A program made the position numbers and the translations under genes. Source: Escherichia coli O157 typing phage 14. Taken from it: a DNA stretch of 64,000 nucleotides. The notes beneath the pieces were generated by a model. That model worked only from the letters and a program-made list of their open reading frames with translations. It ran no database searches and was not told the DNA's origin. The stretch is from the sequence record KP869112; one strand, 5' to 3'. This document shows positions 48,487 to 57,435 of this stretch, one piece after another; position 1 is the first letter of the stretch, and each line of letters begins with the position of its first letter.

Positions 48487-49691
48487 TACGCCTCCTCGTA
48501 AAGAATGTCGATAGTGTTACCGTCACGATCAACTACATATTCAATAGGGTCTCCATCTTTGCGTGCTTCCGGAGCTACCACAATCTCATAGCGGCATGCA
48601 CGGCACTTAGCGCTATTGTGTTGGTATGGCACACTAACCACATCTGCAGGATCAACCATAACAGTCATTACAGTGCCGTAGCTCTTTGCATACTCTTTGC
48701 TGGCGCAGTGTAAGCCATAGGAGCACGCAGCTTCCGGATCATCCTCTACAAAGTTACGAGGCATGGATACAAAAGCACCCTGGTATTGTGGAACTTTACC
48801 ACTGTGCCAATCCACCCACTTGCTGCCGTTAAACTGAACCCCTTTGTAGCAAATTATTCGACCATCTTCTGCAATCTGGATATCGTTGGCCTGCATAAAA
48901 TCGTAGAGCATGTTTACAGATTTTGCAGAAGGATTGCGTAGCAGGCGAACGAGGAATTTCACATAGCGGTCATCCAGCGTTCCGTCTGCATAATCTTTCT
49001 CAATTTTCTTTGCAATGGTGGATCGCATCTCTACACCGTAGTAGTAGAGCTTACCATCTTTCATGATCAGGTTGTCTGCAAGTGTGGTGAACTCATTCTT
49101 GCGTTCCAGCCAGACAAGGATTTCACCAATTGCCTCATCATATTCCTGAACAGAGATATGGTCGAAGACTTTCTGGTAAACTTCCTCACTTTCGCTGCGG
49201 CGAATTTCAAAAATGCCTTCGTTGCAGGTGATCTGGAGGAGTTCCCCACAAATAACTACCAAAGGCTCGATGCTTCGAGTCTGTTGCTGAGACACACTGC
49301 TCACCACCTCCAGCACCGGATCTTTGACTTCTACTAAAGGTTCTTCTGACTTGATTGCTACCCCAGTGAACCCCACACCGTGAACAACACACAGTGGGTA
49401 TACCACGCCCCAACGTTTAACGGAACCTTCGCCTAAATCTAAGATCATAGCGTACTTACCGTTATCTTCCAGACCGTATCGAAATAAACGGGCCTCTTCG
49501 CGGGTTTCAAAATCCTCACGGGTGTAGCAGACGCTGTCACGGTCAGGATCGAACAACTCTGGGGCACCAACTGCCAGTGTCCAGGTTGTGTCGCCTTTCT
49601 CAATGGCACATGTGAAACCCTTCTTCTCAAGTTCTGCACGGCGGTCTCGTGCTTCTTTACGGGTTTTGAAATGTTCGTAGATGAAAATCAT
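48486..49691 (-). CDS. hypothetical protein, possible rIIB-like by position
   Basis: Directly downstream of the rIIA-like GHKL ATPase gene in the same orientation, as in rIIA-rIIB pairs; no motif evidence. Confidence 0.3.
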   Translation of the reverse strand: MIFIYEHFKTRKEARDRRAELEKKGFTCAIEKGDTTWTLAVGAPELFDPDRDSVCYTREDFETREEARLFRYGLEDNGKYAMILDLGEGSVKRWGVVYPLCVVHGVGFTGVAIKSEEPLVEVKDPVLEVVSSVSQQQTRSIEPLVVICGELLQITCNEGIFEIRRSESEEVYQKVFDHISVQEYDEAIGEILVWLERKNEFTTLADNLIMKDGKLYYYGVEMRSTIAKKIEKDYADGTLDDRYVKFLVRLLRNPSAKSVNMLYDFMQANDIQIAEDGRIICYKGVQFNGSKWVDWHSGKVPQYQGAFVSMPRNFVEDDPEAACSYGLHCASKEYAKSYGTVMTVMVDPADVVSVPYQHNSAKCRACRYEIVVAPEARKDGDPIEYVVDRDGNTIDILYEEA

Positions 49692-49701
49692 CTTGGTCTC
49701 C

Positions 49702-51684
49702 TTATTTGATGTTATTCTTTGTATCGATCAGTTCACGGTATTCAATCATAGCAGGAGTGTCCCAATATTTCAAGCCCACATGCTTCAAAAGTGGATATTT
49801 CTTTTCCAATCTTGCAATATAGGCCTTCCCGCACTTAACCCGGTTGGCGATTAAGATTTTGGCACGATGATTTAGCTCACTGTGCTTCCACGCGGTGTTA
49901 CCTTCCCACTTGTGGAAATGTGGCCGATAATTTCCAAAATCCTGCATGGGGATAATTTTCCCTAATTGTCTATACAGGCTGTCATATGAAGTTTCATTTG
50001 CTGCGCGAGTCAGTAAGAATTTCCAAGCATCCTCTTTCAACAAATGTTCCACATTCTTCTCTGTAACATACTGGCAATCAGGATCAGTCCAAAGCAGACG
50101 AGATTCTGATACCAGGTACAGATCTTCACCTTCAGGAATCTGGAGTGCAGCACGCACACGGTCATAATTTTGCTGGTAGATGTTACTCATCTGGCCCAGC
50201 CAGCAGCTTCCCCGTTGGATATCCCCCTCATAAGGGATGCAATGCTTAATCTTCTTGAACTCTGCCTTCGTGAGGCGCTCACGATGGAAGTAGCCATCCT
50301 CTCTAAGCTTCTTAACCCAGTAGCCTGGCTCGTAACGAGTTTTGGTTTCACCTTTCTTCGCAGGTCGGCGTGGAAGCTCCGATAACAATTTGACCGTATC
50401 TGCAAAGAACGGATGGTGTGCCGCCTCTTTAAACTCTTTCACCAGATCCTTGTTCCGGCAATAGAAAACGTTGCGTCCGGTGATCTCGCTTAAGTAGTTA
50501 CACTTATTCCGGTTATATTTGCCGTCTCCGTCGTTAAATACAAGGTATACACCTCGTAAGAACTCCGACTTTCCGTAACGAGCATAGCCTATGCGGCCTT
50601 TATTTAAGCCGCCAGCGAAAATTTCACAATCGCCTAAGTCGCCAAGCCCTGTTTCTTCCCAACGGTTCCACATAAAGTTTTTGCCGAAGATGTGTCCGAA
50701 CACTCCACTGTTCTTCATCATCTCACGTGCTTCTGAGGATGTTTTTGCTGTCTCCAATTCCGCAACAACTTCTGCCCCACGAAGACGTATACCTTCTTTG
50801 ACAAAGGCCTCCAGGCGATCCTGGAATCCACCATCGTCGTGCCCCTCTATGGTCCATTCGCGCCCAGGGTTAATATTGCAATCCCCGATAGGGATCTCTA
50901 CACAGATTGCAGGGTAGTCTGTCAATGTTTCCAGAAACTTAGAGCGGTAAGGTTGGTGTCCCATCACCACACGGCTCTCATCAGAGCTGGTATAACCTTT
51001 CAGGATGGTCATTTTCCAACCATCTTTCTCGTAGTGATACTGCGCCTCAACCTTGTCACCTTCCAGCATCTTACTGGTCATAGGGTCGGTAACGGTAAAC
51101 GGAAACTTTGCATAGCGTAGGCATGACGCAATAGCAGTGCGATATTTCAGAACATGCTCTTTCTTAACATGGAACTGAACTTTTACCCCGTTGTGCTCTT
51201 CAGTCTTCCGCTCGCGGATCTTGGTAACGTTTGGGATACCCTGATCCAAGAACAACAGATATGTGCTTTCAACACCGTTGTGCACACTGATCACATCGAA
51301 AGTGTCCACCATGCTGAACGGGGCCTTTGAACCTACACCTTTATTACCTACCAGAGCGTTGCTGTTGCGCTTGGTTGACTCCCCGAGGTTCATGAAAGTG
51401 TTGCGGACCATCTCTTCCGACATGCCCAATCCAACGTCCTGCACAAAGAAGTATGGTTCAAGGTCTGTAGGAGAGTGAATGATGATCGGTACATCACCCC
51501 GTCCAGACTCAACATGGGAGTCCACAGCATTGAAGATTGGTTCACGGCAGCTTGCCAGCACCTTATCTTCGTAAATCCCTTTAATGATTAGCCCAAAAGT
51601 CTCTTTGTTCAGAGAAATTGAGCCCCTGGTGACCTCCATATTTCCGGTTAGTACTGCTTTAGTTTCATTACTGTTTACAATCAT
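49702..51684 (-). CDS. rIIA: GHKL-family ATPase, rIIA-like
   Basis: Bergerat-fold motifs EPIFNAVD (N box), DVGLGM (G1), GNKGVGSKAPF (G2) in N-terminal third of a 660 aa protein. Confidence 0.5.
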   Translation of the reverse strand: MIVNSNETKAVLTGNMEVTRGSISLNKETFGLIIKGIYEDKVLASCREPIFNAVDSHVESGRGDVPIIIHSPTDLEPYFFVQDVGLGMSEEMVRNTFMNLGESTKRNSNALVGNKGVGSKAPFSMVDTFDVISVHNGVESTYLLFLDQGIPNVTKIRERKTEEHNGVKVQFHVKKEHVLKYRTAIASCLRYAKFPFTVTDPMTSKMLEGDKVEAQYHYEKDGWKMTILKGYTSSDESRVVMGHQPYRSKFLETLTDYPAICVEIPIGDCNINPGREWTIEGHDDGGFQDRLEAFVKEGIRLRGAEVVAELETAKTSSEAREMMKNSGVFGHIFGKNFMWNRWEETGLGDLGDCEIFAGGLNKGRIGYARYGKSEFLRGVYLVFNDGDGKYNRNKCNYLSEITGRNVFYCRNKDLVKEFKEAAHHPFFADTVKLLSELPRRPAKKGETKTRYEPGYWVKKLREDGYFHRERLTKAEFKKIKHCIPYEGDIQRGSCWLGQMSNIYQQNYDRVRAALQIPEGEDLYLVSESRLLWTDPDCQYVTEKNVEHLLKEDAWKFLLTRAANETSYDSLYRQLGKIIPMQDFGNYRPHFHKWEGNTAWKHSELNHRAKILIANRVKCGKAYIARLEKKYPLLKHVGLKYWDTPAMIEYRELIDTKNNIK

Positions 51685-52181
51685 TTATTGCGCTCCTTGT
51701 AGTAGATATGACTCCCGAATTGAGCTGTCCTCTGCATCTTTTTTGCCCATTTCGGTCGTACTTTGGTTGTATGGTAGTGTGTTGCTCCACCTGTTATGTC
51801 CATAGCCATGTATGCAACATGGTTGTTATTATAGACCTTTAGAAGCATCTTTGCAAGACTTTTAGCGTGATCCCATGAATCTTTTTCTGTCACCTTAAAA
51901 GTTTTGCCGTGGTTTGTCCACGAAAACTGGTTAGGTTGGTAGACAATCTTTCTTATAGTGTCTGGGTATTTGGGGTGAGATTTCCTGTTTAGTGTGGCAA
52001 ACCCTGATGCCAGCATACCCATCGTGCCATCCCCTCTAGCCTCCCTGTAGATATTGCATGCCAGAATGTTTTCCTTAGTAGCTGAGGGCTTGCAAGTATG
52101 ATATACTTTTTGTTTTGGTGCTGCAACAACAGGCAGCGATAAAAATGCGCTCAAAATAATAGCAAAGATCTTAATTTTCAC
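51681..52181 (-). CDS. SleB/CwlJ-like cell wall hydrolase with signal peptide
   Basis: N-terminal signal sequence MKIKIFAIILSAFLSLPVVAA; NIYREARGDG motif typical of the family. Confidence 0.55.
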   Translation of the reverse strand: MKIKIFAIILSAFLSLPVVAAPKQKVYHTCKPSATKENILACNIYREARGDGTMGMLASGFATLNRKSHPKYPDTIRKIVYQPNQFSWTNHGKTFKVTEKDSWDHAKSLAKMLLKVYNNNHVAYMAMDITGGATHYHTTKVRPKWAKKMQRTAQFGSHIYYKERNK

Positions 52182-52230
52182 AATAACTCCAAATAGAAAA
52201 TCCCCGCCGAAGCGGGGGAGGTCTTAGAAA

Positions 52231-52611
52231 TTAATCGTAGTGTGCCAAAATCTCTCCATCGTTGCAAGTTCCCTCTACAAAGTTATGAAGATTCATGCAC
52301 TCATCTTGATAGAAGAATTTACCGCTTTTCAGCCGTAAGCCAAACAACTCCGCATCTCCACGATGGCAAGCCTCTACAAGTTCATAGATTTCATACGGCA
52401 ACTCTCCGTCGTCATGGAAGAACCCAGCCTTATCGTTGACATAGATGAAGAAATAATCACTGCTGTCGCAAGCGTCCAATATTTTAAACCAGATTTCATC
52501 TACATCTTTTTCTCGGATATCGATCACGCAAGTGGAGCTGCATTCGTACTCCTTCTCCGGCTCCTCGGTCAATACCACCAGGTAGTTTCCCCGCTTACCT
52601 ACTTTAGCCAT
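52231..52611 (-). CDS. hypothetical acidic protein (126 aa)
   Basis: ORF in minus array. Confidence 0.5.
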   Translation of the reverse strand: MAKVGKRGNYLVVLTEEPEKEYECSSTCVIDIREKDVDEIWFKILDACDSSDYFFIYVNDKAGFFHDDGELPYEIYELVEACHRGDAELFGLRLKSGKFFYQDECMNLHNFVEGTCNDGEILAHYD

Positions 52612-52620
52612 ACAACCTCC

Positions 52621-53805
52621 TTAAGCTTTAGCCAAAATGGCGCTAAACTCTTCACCAAACTCTTTTACAATCTTCATCAGGTTTGGGTATGCTTTGATCA
52701 GCTGAGCAACGATCTTGTCACGACCTTTACCGATAAGCAAGGCATTTCCTAAGGCATTAGGTTTCATCATCGCCATAAAGACTGAAAATACAAAATCTCG
52801 GTTCTCGTCCTTGAAGTTTTCCCAAAGGAAATCGAGAAAGTTTGCCACACAGCTAACAAGATCTTCGTCGGAGATACTTGCATTTTCCATCATATTACGA
52901 ATAGCGATGCAACCTTCAGATCCAAGAATCCACAAGATGTCTGGCTGTTTAGGACCTACGTATTCTTTGCAACCTCCTGCCATAATCCGACCGATTTCCG
53001 GTAAGTTGCGTTTCTTGGTGTGGTAAGTCCAGATCTCTACCGCTGCAGTGTGACCAATAGCACCTTGCAGAAGAACACGGGCCATAGCGTCAGAAATAAT
53101 ACCGCTGTCAAAATCGTGCAAGATATCAGATGCAGCAACCCAAGATCGCGGTGTGGCAAAAGATGGACAATTAATCTCAGCCATGGCCTCATAATTATCG
53201 ATAGCTGATGGAACTCTTTTCAGATATCCAATTACAGAGGAGTGCACCCCATTAAGGAATGCGTAGTCCTCAATAAACACCTCTGCATTGCTTGTAACCT
53301 CTACAATGATAAAACGGTTAGCCAGAGGGGCTTCGAGCGCCGAAAGAACCGCACCATCTGTAGAACGGTTACCAGCAGCCACAAAAACAGAACCCTTAGG
53401 GAATGCATAGGTACCGCACTTGTGGTCAAGCATAATTTGCATTGCAACCTTTTGCAGGTAGTTATCTGCATGAGTGAGCTCATCCAGAAAGATAATTCCG
53501 CTCCAGTCAGGATCCGCAGGCCAAAATTCTGGAATTGCAAACACTGTACGTGTAGTTCCATCCGCTTCTACAGGGATAGGTAGCCCAGATAAGTCGGCAG
53601 GATCTTTATCTGACAGTCGCACGTCAACAAGGTTGTCATCTCGCTCACCGAACATATTATCAGCGATCTGCTTCATCACCTGGCTTTTACCCACACCCAT
53701 TGGTCCCAAAATTAGGACAGATCGGCTATGACGTTGGGCAAACTGAATAATAGCTGGCAACTCACGGACAGTGATTTGACCACTTTCGAATACGTTTCTT
53801 GACAT
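52621..53805 (-). CDS. MoxR/AAA_5-type AAA+ ATPase
   Basis: Walker A LILGPMGVGKSQ, Walker B IIFLDELTHA. Confidence 0.65.
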   Translation of the reverse strand: MSRNVFESGQITVRELPAIIQFAQRHSRSVLILGPMGVGKSQVMKQIADNMFGERDDNLVDVRLSDKDPADLSGLPIPVEADGTTRTVFAIPEFWPADPDWSGIIFLDELTHADNYLQKVAMQIMLDHKCGTYAFPKGSVFVAAGNRSTDGAVLSALEAPLANRFIIVEVTSNAEVFIEDYAFLNGVHSSVIGYLKRVPSAIDNYEAMAEINCPSFATPRSWVAASDILHDFDSGIISDAMARVLLQGAIGHTAAVEIWTYHTKKRNLPEIGRIMAGGCKEYVGPKQPDILWILGSEGCIAIRNMMENASISDEDLVSCVANFLDFLWENFKDENRDFVFSVFMAMMKPNALGNALLIGKGRDKIVAQLIKAYPNLMKIVKEFGEEFSAILAKA

Positions 53806-54074
53806 TAGTAAAAGTCCTCTACTTGTGTGTAAGTGTTTTCAAAGTTTTCCAAAACAGATATCACATCGGATCTGTCAATATCATACGTGACTCTCCAGTT
53901 GTACGCAACCCTTTCTGCTGTTGCCTCTTCTGGCGCTAGTCGTCTGCTGGCATAAAAGAGTGTTGGAGTACACTTTCTTGCTTGCCCTCTAACTTTCCCA
54001 TAATAATATCTGTGAATATCTTTGTCAAAATTTAACTCTTTTTCTGCACGAAGTTCATATTGCTGGTATAACAT
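53805..54074 (-). CDS. hypothetical protein (89 aa)
   Basis: ORF in minus array. Confidence 0.45.
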   Translation of the reverse strand: MLYQQYELRAEKELNFDKDIHRYYYGKVRGQARKCTPTLFYASRRLAPEEATAERVAYNWRVTYDIDRSDVISVLENFENTYTQVEDFY

Positions 54075-54118
54075 CTCTACTACTCCTTAAGCAGCATCCT
54101 TGCCGCCATTCCTGCCCA

Positions 54119-54499
54119 CTAAAATGCAGTCCGAATCCAGACAAGGTTCTTATCTGCCCAATCATAGAGGCAAGTCATTGCACTATTGAATTGCTCACAC
54201 GGAGGATAATCTTCTTCCATCTGACGCATAGCAGAGCCTTGTGGGTAAAGCTCCCGTGCTGCAAACCACGCGTCGTAGTCATCAACGGTGTCGAAGTAGT
54301 ATACAACATCCTCCAACTCAGGATCGAACTTTGAACTATCAGGATCCAGTTGTTCAGGGAACTTGGAGCGTAACTTGCCAGCCACAATACTTGCCAACTC
54401 GCTAACATGCTTATTGTCCCACTCCACTAGCTTCCCGTCTTCAGTGATGCGTCCTAACCACTGATCATGAAGGTCAACTGTTGTCTTCCACAGGGCCAT
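54119..54499 (-). CDS. hypothetical acidic protein (126 aa)
   Basis: ORF in minus array. Confidence 0.5.
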   Translation of the reverse strand: MALWKTTVDLHDQWLGRITEDGKLVEWDNKHVSELASIVAGKLRSKFPEQLDPDSSKFDPELEDVVYYFDTVDDYDAWFAARELYPQGSAMRQMEEDYPPCEQFNSAMTCLYDWADKNLVWIRTAF

Positions 54500-54501
54500 T
54501 A

Positions 54502-54759
54502 TCAGTCCACCTCTTCTTCTCGTTGTAGTTCAAGATACCCGTAGGTCTGGACATCTTCAAGGGTGTGGAACTCCCCATCTGCCGCTAATGCACGAACAAC
54601 TTGGCACAAAACCTTATGAGGAACTTCATCCAGACCAAGATTCAGTGCAGGGAACACCTTATCTAAGTCAACAAAATAAATGAACTGTAGCTCACCAGCT
54701 TCAAAAGGTGTATCTTCAATAAACATCTTCTCGGCATTAGTCAAGATCTGCACTTTCAT
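54502..54759 (-). CDS. small acidic protein, MKV-type N-terminus
   Basis: MKVQIL...REEEVD resembles the MKVK family. Confidence 0.45.
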   Translation of the reverse strand: MKVQILTNAEKMFIEDTPFEAGELQFIYFVDLDKVFPALNLGLDEVPHKVLCQVVRALAADGEFHTLEDVQTYGYLELQREEEVD

Positions 54760-55136
54760 TATTCTACCTCCTCTTCTTTTTCTTCGGCATTAGTTTCATG
54801 GCTACCCCACTCTGGAGTTTCCACCTCGATAGTAAACTCACGCACTACACGGTAATTGCCCATGAAGCGCTCCACTTCGTCAAGGCTTATGGAGAAGCCA
54901 TTGGCAACCAGGTCTGCAGCACCCTCTTCTACCAGGTAGTCCAGATTGGCTTCCAGAGCTTCAGGTTCAAACCCTGTCAATGCAATCAGATAACCTTTCC
55001 CTTCATCAGGGAGGACAATACAGCCCAACTGATTTTCTTTAAAAAGGCAGTGACCATCATTATTGATTGGGTGTTCATTGCAGTAAATAGCTGCACGATA
55101 AGTAACTTTAGACATCGGTAAGGTCTCCTTAGGCAA
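54759..55136 (-). CDS. hypothetical acidic protein (125 aa)
   Basis: ORF in minus array. Confidence 0.5.
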   Translation of the reverse strand: MPKETLPMSKVTYRAAIYCNEHPINNDGHCLFKENQLGCIVLPDEGKGYLIALTGFEPEALEANLDYLVEEGAADLVANGFSISLDEVERFMGNYRVVREFTIEVETPEWGSHETNAEEKEEEVE

Positions 55137-55407
55137 TTGTCATTTTACATTCTTGAAATTTTAACACAAGACGGTGATTGTGTCTAGTGTCTAAAAAGAT
55201 TTTTTCAACCATCAGGTACACGGTATAACCGTCCATCTTGTTGACAACAAAATCTCCAGGGTAAGGGAGAGTGTCCCCTGGGCTGGGAAAACATAACCCG
55301 CTCAGAAAGGCATCGTCAGTGGTGGACTTAATAGATTTCCACACACTGTCTGCCTGAACATGCTCACCGACGTAATATACATTACCACATGCCTTCATCA
55401 TAGTCAA
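55129..55407 (-). CDS. hypothetical protein (92 aa)
   Basis: ORF overlapping junctions. Confidence 0.45.
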   Translation of the reverse strand: MTMMKACGNVYYVGEHVQADSVWKSIKSTTDDAFLSGLCFPSPGDTLPYPGDFVVNKMDGYTVYLMVEKIFLDTRHNHRLVLKFQECKMTIA

Positions 55408-56303
55408 ATCCCCGCATAAATTAAACTTGTATCAGTATACTTCTTTAACGGGTAAATATCCTGTCCGTAAATGTAGTCATTAAACACCTCATCTACCCAA
55501 AGACTGCATTTATACCCCATCATTTCTAAAACGCCCATCTCTTCATCAGTGAATTTATCACCACTCTTGCAGGATGTCAATACCTCATTTTGTACTCTTG
55601 CCAGTTCAAAAATGTTGTTAGCAATGTCACTATTAACGATCAGGTATTCACCCAAAGGGTGTGCGGCATTAAAGATGCACAGTGGGAGGTTGACGTAATA
55701 GTCCCCAGGTGTATAGAAATTGTTGAGGTCCTTCACCAGAACATTCTTATCAGTCACTTCATTTATAACATCGTGCATATCGCACATCTTTATATGCTTG
55801 AGGATTCCATCTCCCATCACAAAATAAAAACTTGCTGAGATACTCTCGGCATAGATCTTACTGGACCCGTTGTAGTTGTATTTTACGCGAATACTCACGG
55901 GAGTTTTTCCTGTCGCGTTAGCCATCATCCAAAGGAACGGAAGTTCAAACTTCTCTTCTGAGGAAACAAAAGGTGAAGTTGCCAGAGATCGGAAACCTCC
56001 AGAAAAGTTGAAAGTCACAGAACCGCTCCGGCGGTATGATACCGCGTATTCTACTTTTATATCGACATACCCGTTGGAATAGGTGTGTCCTTCATTATCT
56101 AAATATGTCCACTTATCAGACCCAGATACCAATCTACGCTCAATAACCTTCATCACTATAGGAATTAGTGGGTTGGTACAAACCGCTTTTGAAGTAGCTT
56201 TAGCATCTAAAGCCTCGTAAATTGCAGAAAGGATGTCTCCAGCTGAGAGATTGGTTGTTATATCCTGTTGCCACCGAGTACTAAAACTGTTAAGATTTGC
56301 CAT
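55404..56303 (-). CDS. hypothetical protein (299 aa)
   Basis: First gene of minus array; promoter upstream. Confidence 0.55.
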   Translation of the reverse strand: MANLNSFSTRWQQDITTNLSAGDILSAIYEALDAKATSKAVCTNPLIPIVMKVIERRLVSGSDKWTYLDNEGHTYSNGYVDIKVEYAVSYRRSGSVTFNFSGGFRSLATSPFVSSEEKFELPFLWMMANATGKTPVSIRVKYNYNGSSKIYAESISASFYFVMGDGILKHIKMCDMHDVINEVTDKNVLVKDLNNFYTPGDYYVNLPLCIFNAAHPLGEYLIVNSDIANNIFELARVQNEVLTSCKSGDKFTDEEMGVLEMMGYKCSLWVDEVFNDYIYGQDIYPLKKYTDTSLIYAGI

Positions 56304-56343
56304 GAGTGAGTGCTCCTATGTTGGTTTTCTTTTGAATGGGTGC

Positions 56344-56372
56344 ACTATATCGGAGATTTAGAGTAAAGTCAA
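56344..56372 (-). promoter_or_regulatory. sigma70-like promoter on minus strand (TTGACT-N17-TATAGT)
   Basis: Read on reverse complement upstream of 55404..56303. Confidence 0.5.
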
Positions 56373-56385
56373 CACGTTTTTGATG

Positions 56386-56414
56386 TTGACATCTGTTGAG
56401 ACAATTGATACGAT
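56386..56414 (+). promoter_or_regulatory. sigma70-like promoter on plus strand (TTGACA-N17-TACGAT)
   Basis: Divergent from the minus promoter; upstream of 56446 start. Confidence 0.45.
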
Positions 56415-56445
56415 TTCTTCACTTACAGAGCACGAGAGACAACTC

Positions 56446-57423
56446 ATGAATCTTGAAAAATATTATACACCAGAAGAGTTAGAGCGCTTGCTCAAAAAAT
56501 ATAGACGCAAACAGAATAACGCACGGAAACGAGATATAGAGTTCGACCTGTCGTGGGAAGAATACCTCCTATTTGGTAAAAAACTTTTAGGGGAGGGGGT
56601 ATGCGACTACACCCTTATACCTTTCGACATGCACACAGATGAGAACGGACTGGGAAATCCTTTCTACCCATCTTTGGAGCGTATAGATGATGAAGGTCCT
56701 TACGCAATTGACAATTGTTGTGTGGTAGGGTTGAGGTGCAATGCTCTGAAAGACTGTCTGGTAGATAAAAAGACTGCAATCCTGATTAAAGACAAAACTG
56801 ATCGAAAAATTGTCCAGCAGATGATGCTCCACCTGAGCGAAGAGCGTATGGAGAAATTGAAAGGTGATTATACTTTTGAAGATTTCATCTTGCAATACGG
56901 GACAGAAGAAGATAAACTAGCACTATTTGACGAAGAGGAAGAAGATATGTCACCGATGCAGGATTTTAAAAATTTCATGGCTGATCGTGCAGCCAACAAA
57001 CACATTTCAGACATCGTAAACGAGACTGTGACAGAAGAAATTGAAGAACAGACCTCTGAAGAAGAAAAAGAGCCTCAGGAGGTTGAAGAGGAGATTGCAG
57101 AAGAGGTTCCTGCACTGCCTGATGATGTTGAGATTGCTAAGGCTTACACTTTCTATTGTCAAACGTTCTACGATGCAGGTATGAAAGTTGATCTGTCGTT
57201 CAGCCAATTTAAGAGTTCGTATATTCGCAAATGCTGTGCTTTAACTGGTGAACGTCTCGGAGCTGGACTTAAACCACTGTTGGTGACCGACTGGAATAAA
57301 GGTTTCACTAAAGGAAACTTTATGGTAGTATCTCCAATTATGGAGAAAGCTATGACAGATCTTATGAAGACCACCCGCATGACAATGACCGAGTTGGCAG
57401 GTATTTTCAAACACGTTAAATAA
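56446..57423 (+). CDS. HNH-type (HNH_3-like) endonuclease domain protein, possible free-standing homing endonuclease
   Basis: PSLERIDDEGPYAIDNCCVVGLRCNALK resembles SLDRIDxxKGY...N HNH_3 motif, a second degenerate copy near C-terminus; start at internal ATG downstream of promoter (ORF track 56380..57423). Confidence 0.4.
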   Translation: MNLEKYYTPEELERLLKKYRRKQNNARKRDIEFDLSWEEYLLFGKKLLGEGVCDYTLIPFDMHTDENGLGNPFYPSLERIDDEGPYAIDNCCVVGLRCNALKDCLVDKKTAILIKDKTDRKIVQQMMLHLSEERMEKLKGDYTFEDFILQYGTEEDKLALFDEEEEDMSPMQDFKNFMADRAANKHISDIVNETVTEEIEEQTSEEEKEPQEVEEEIAEEVPALPDDVEIAKAYTFYCQTFYDAGMKVDLSFSQFKSSYIRKCCALTGERLGAGLKPLLVTDWNKGFTKGNFMVVSPIMEKAMTDLMKTTRMTMTELAGIFKHVK

Positions 57424-57435
57424 TGACAGGGGCCA

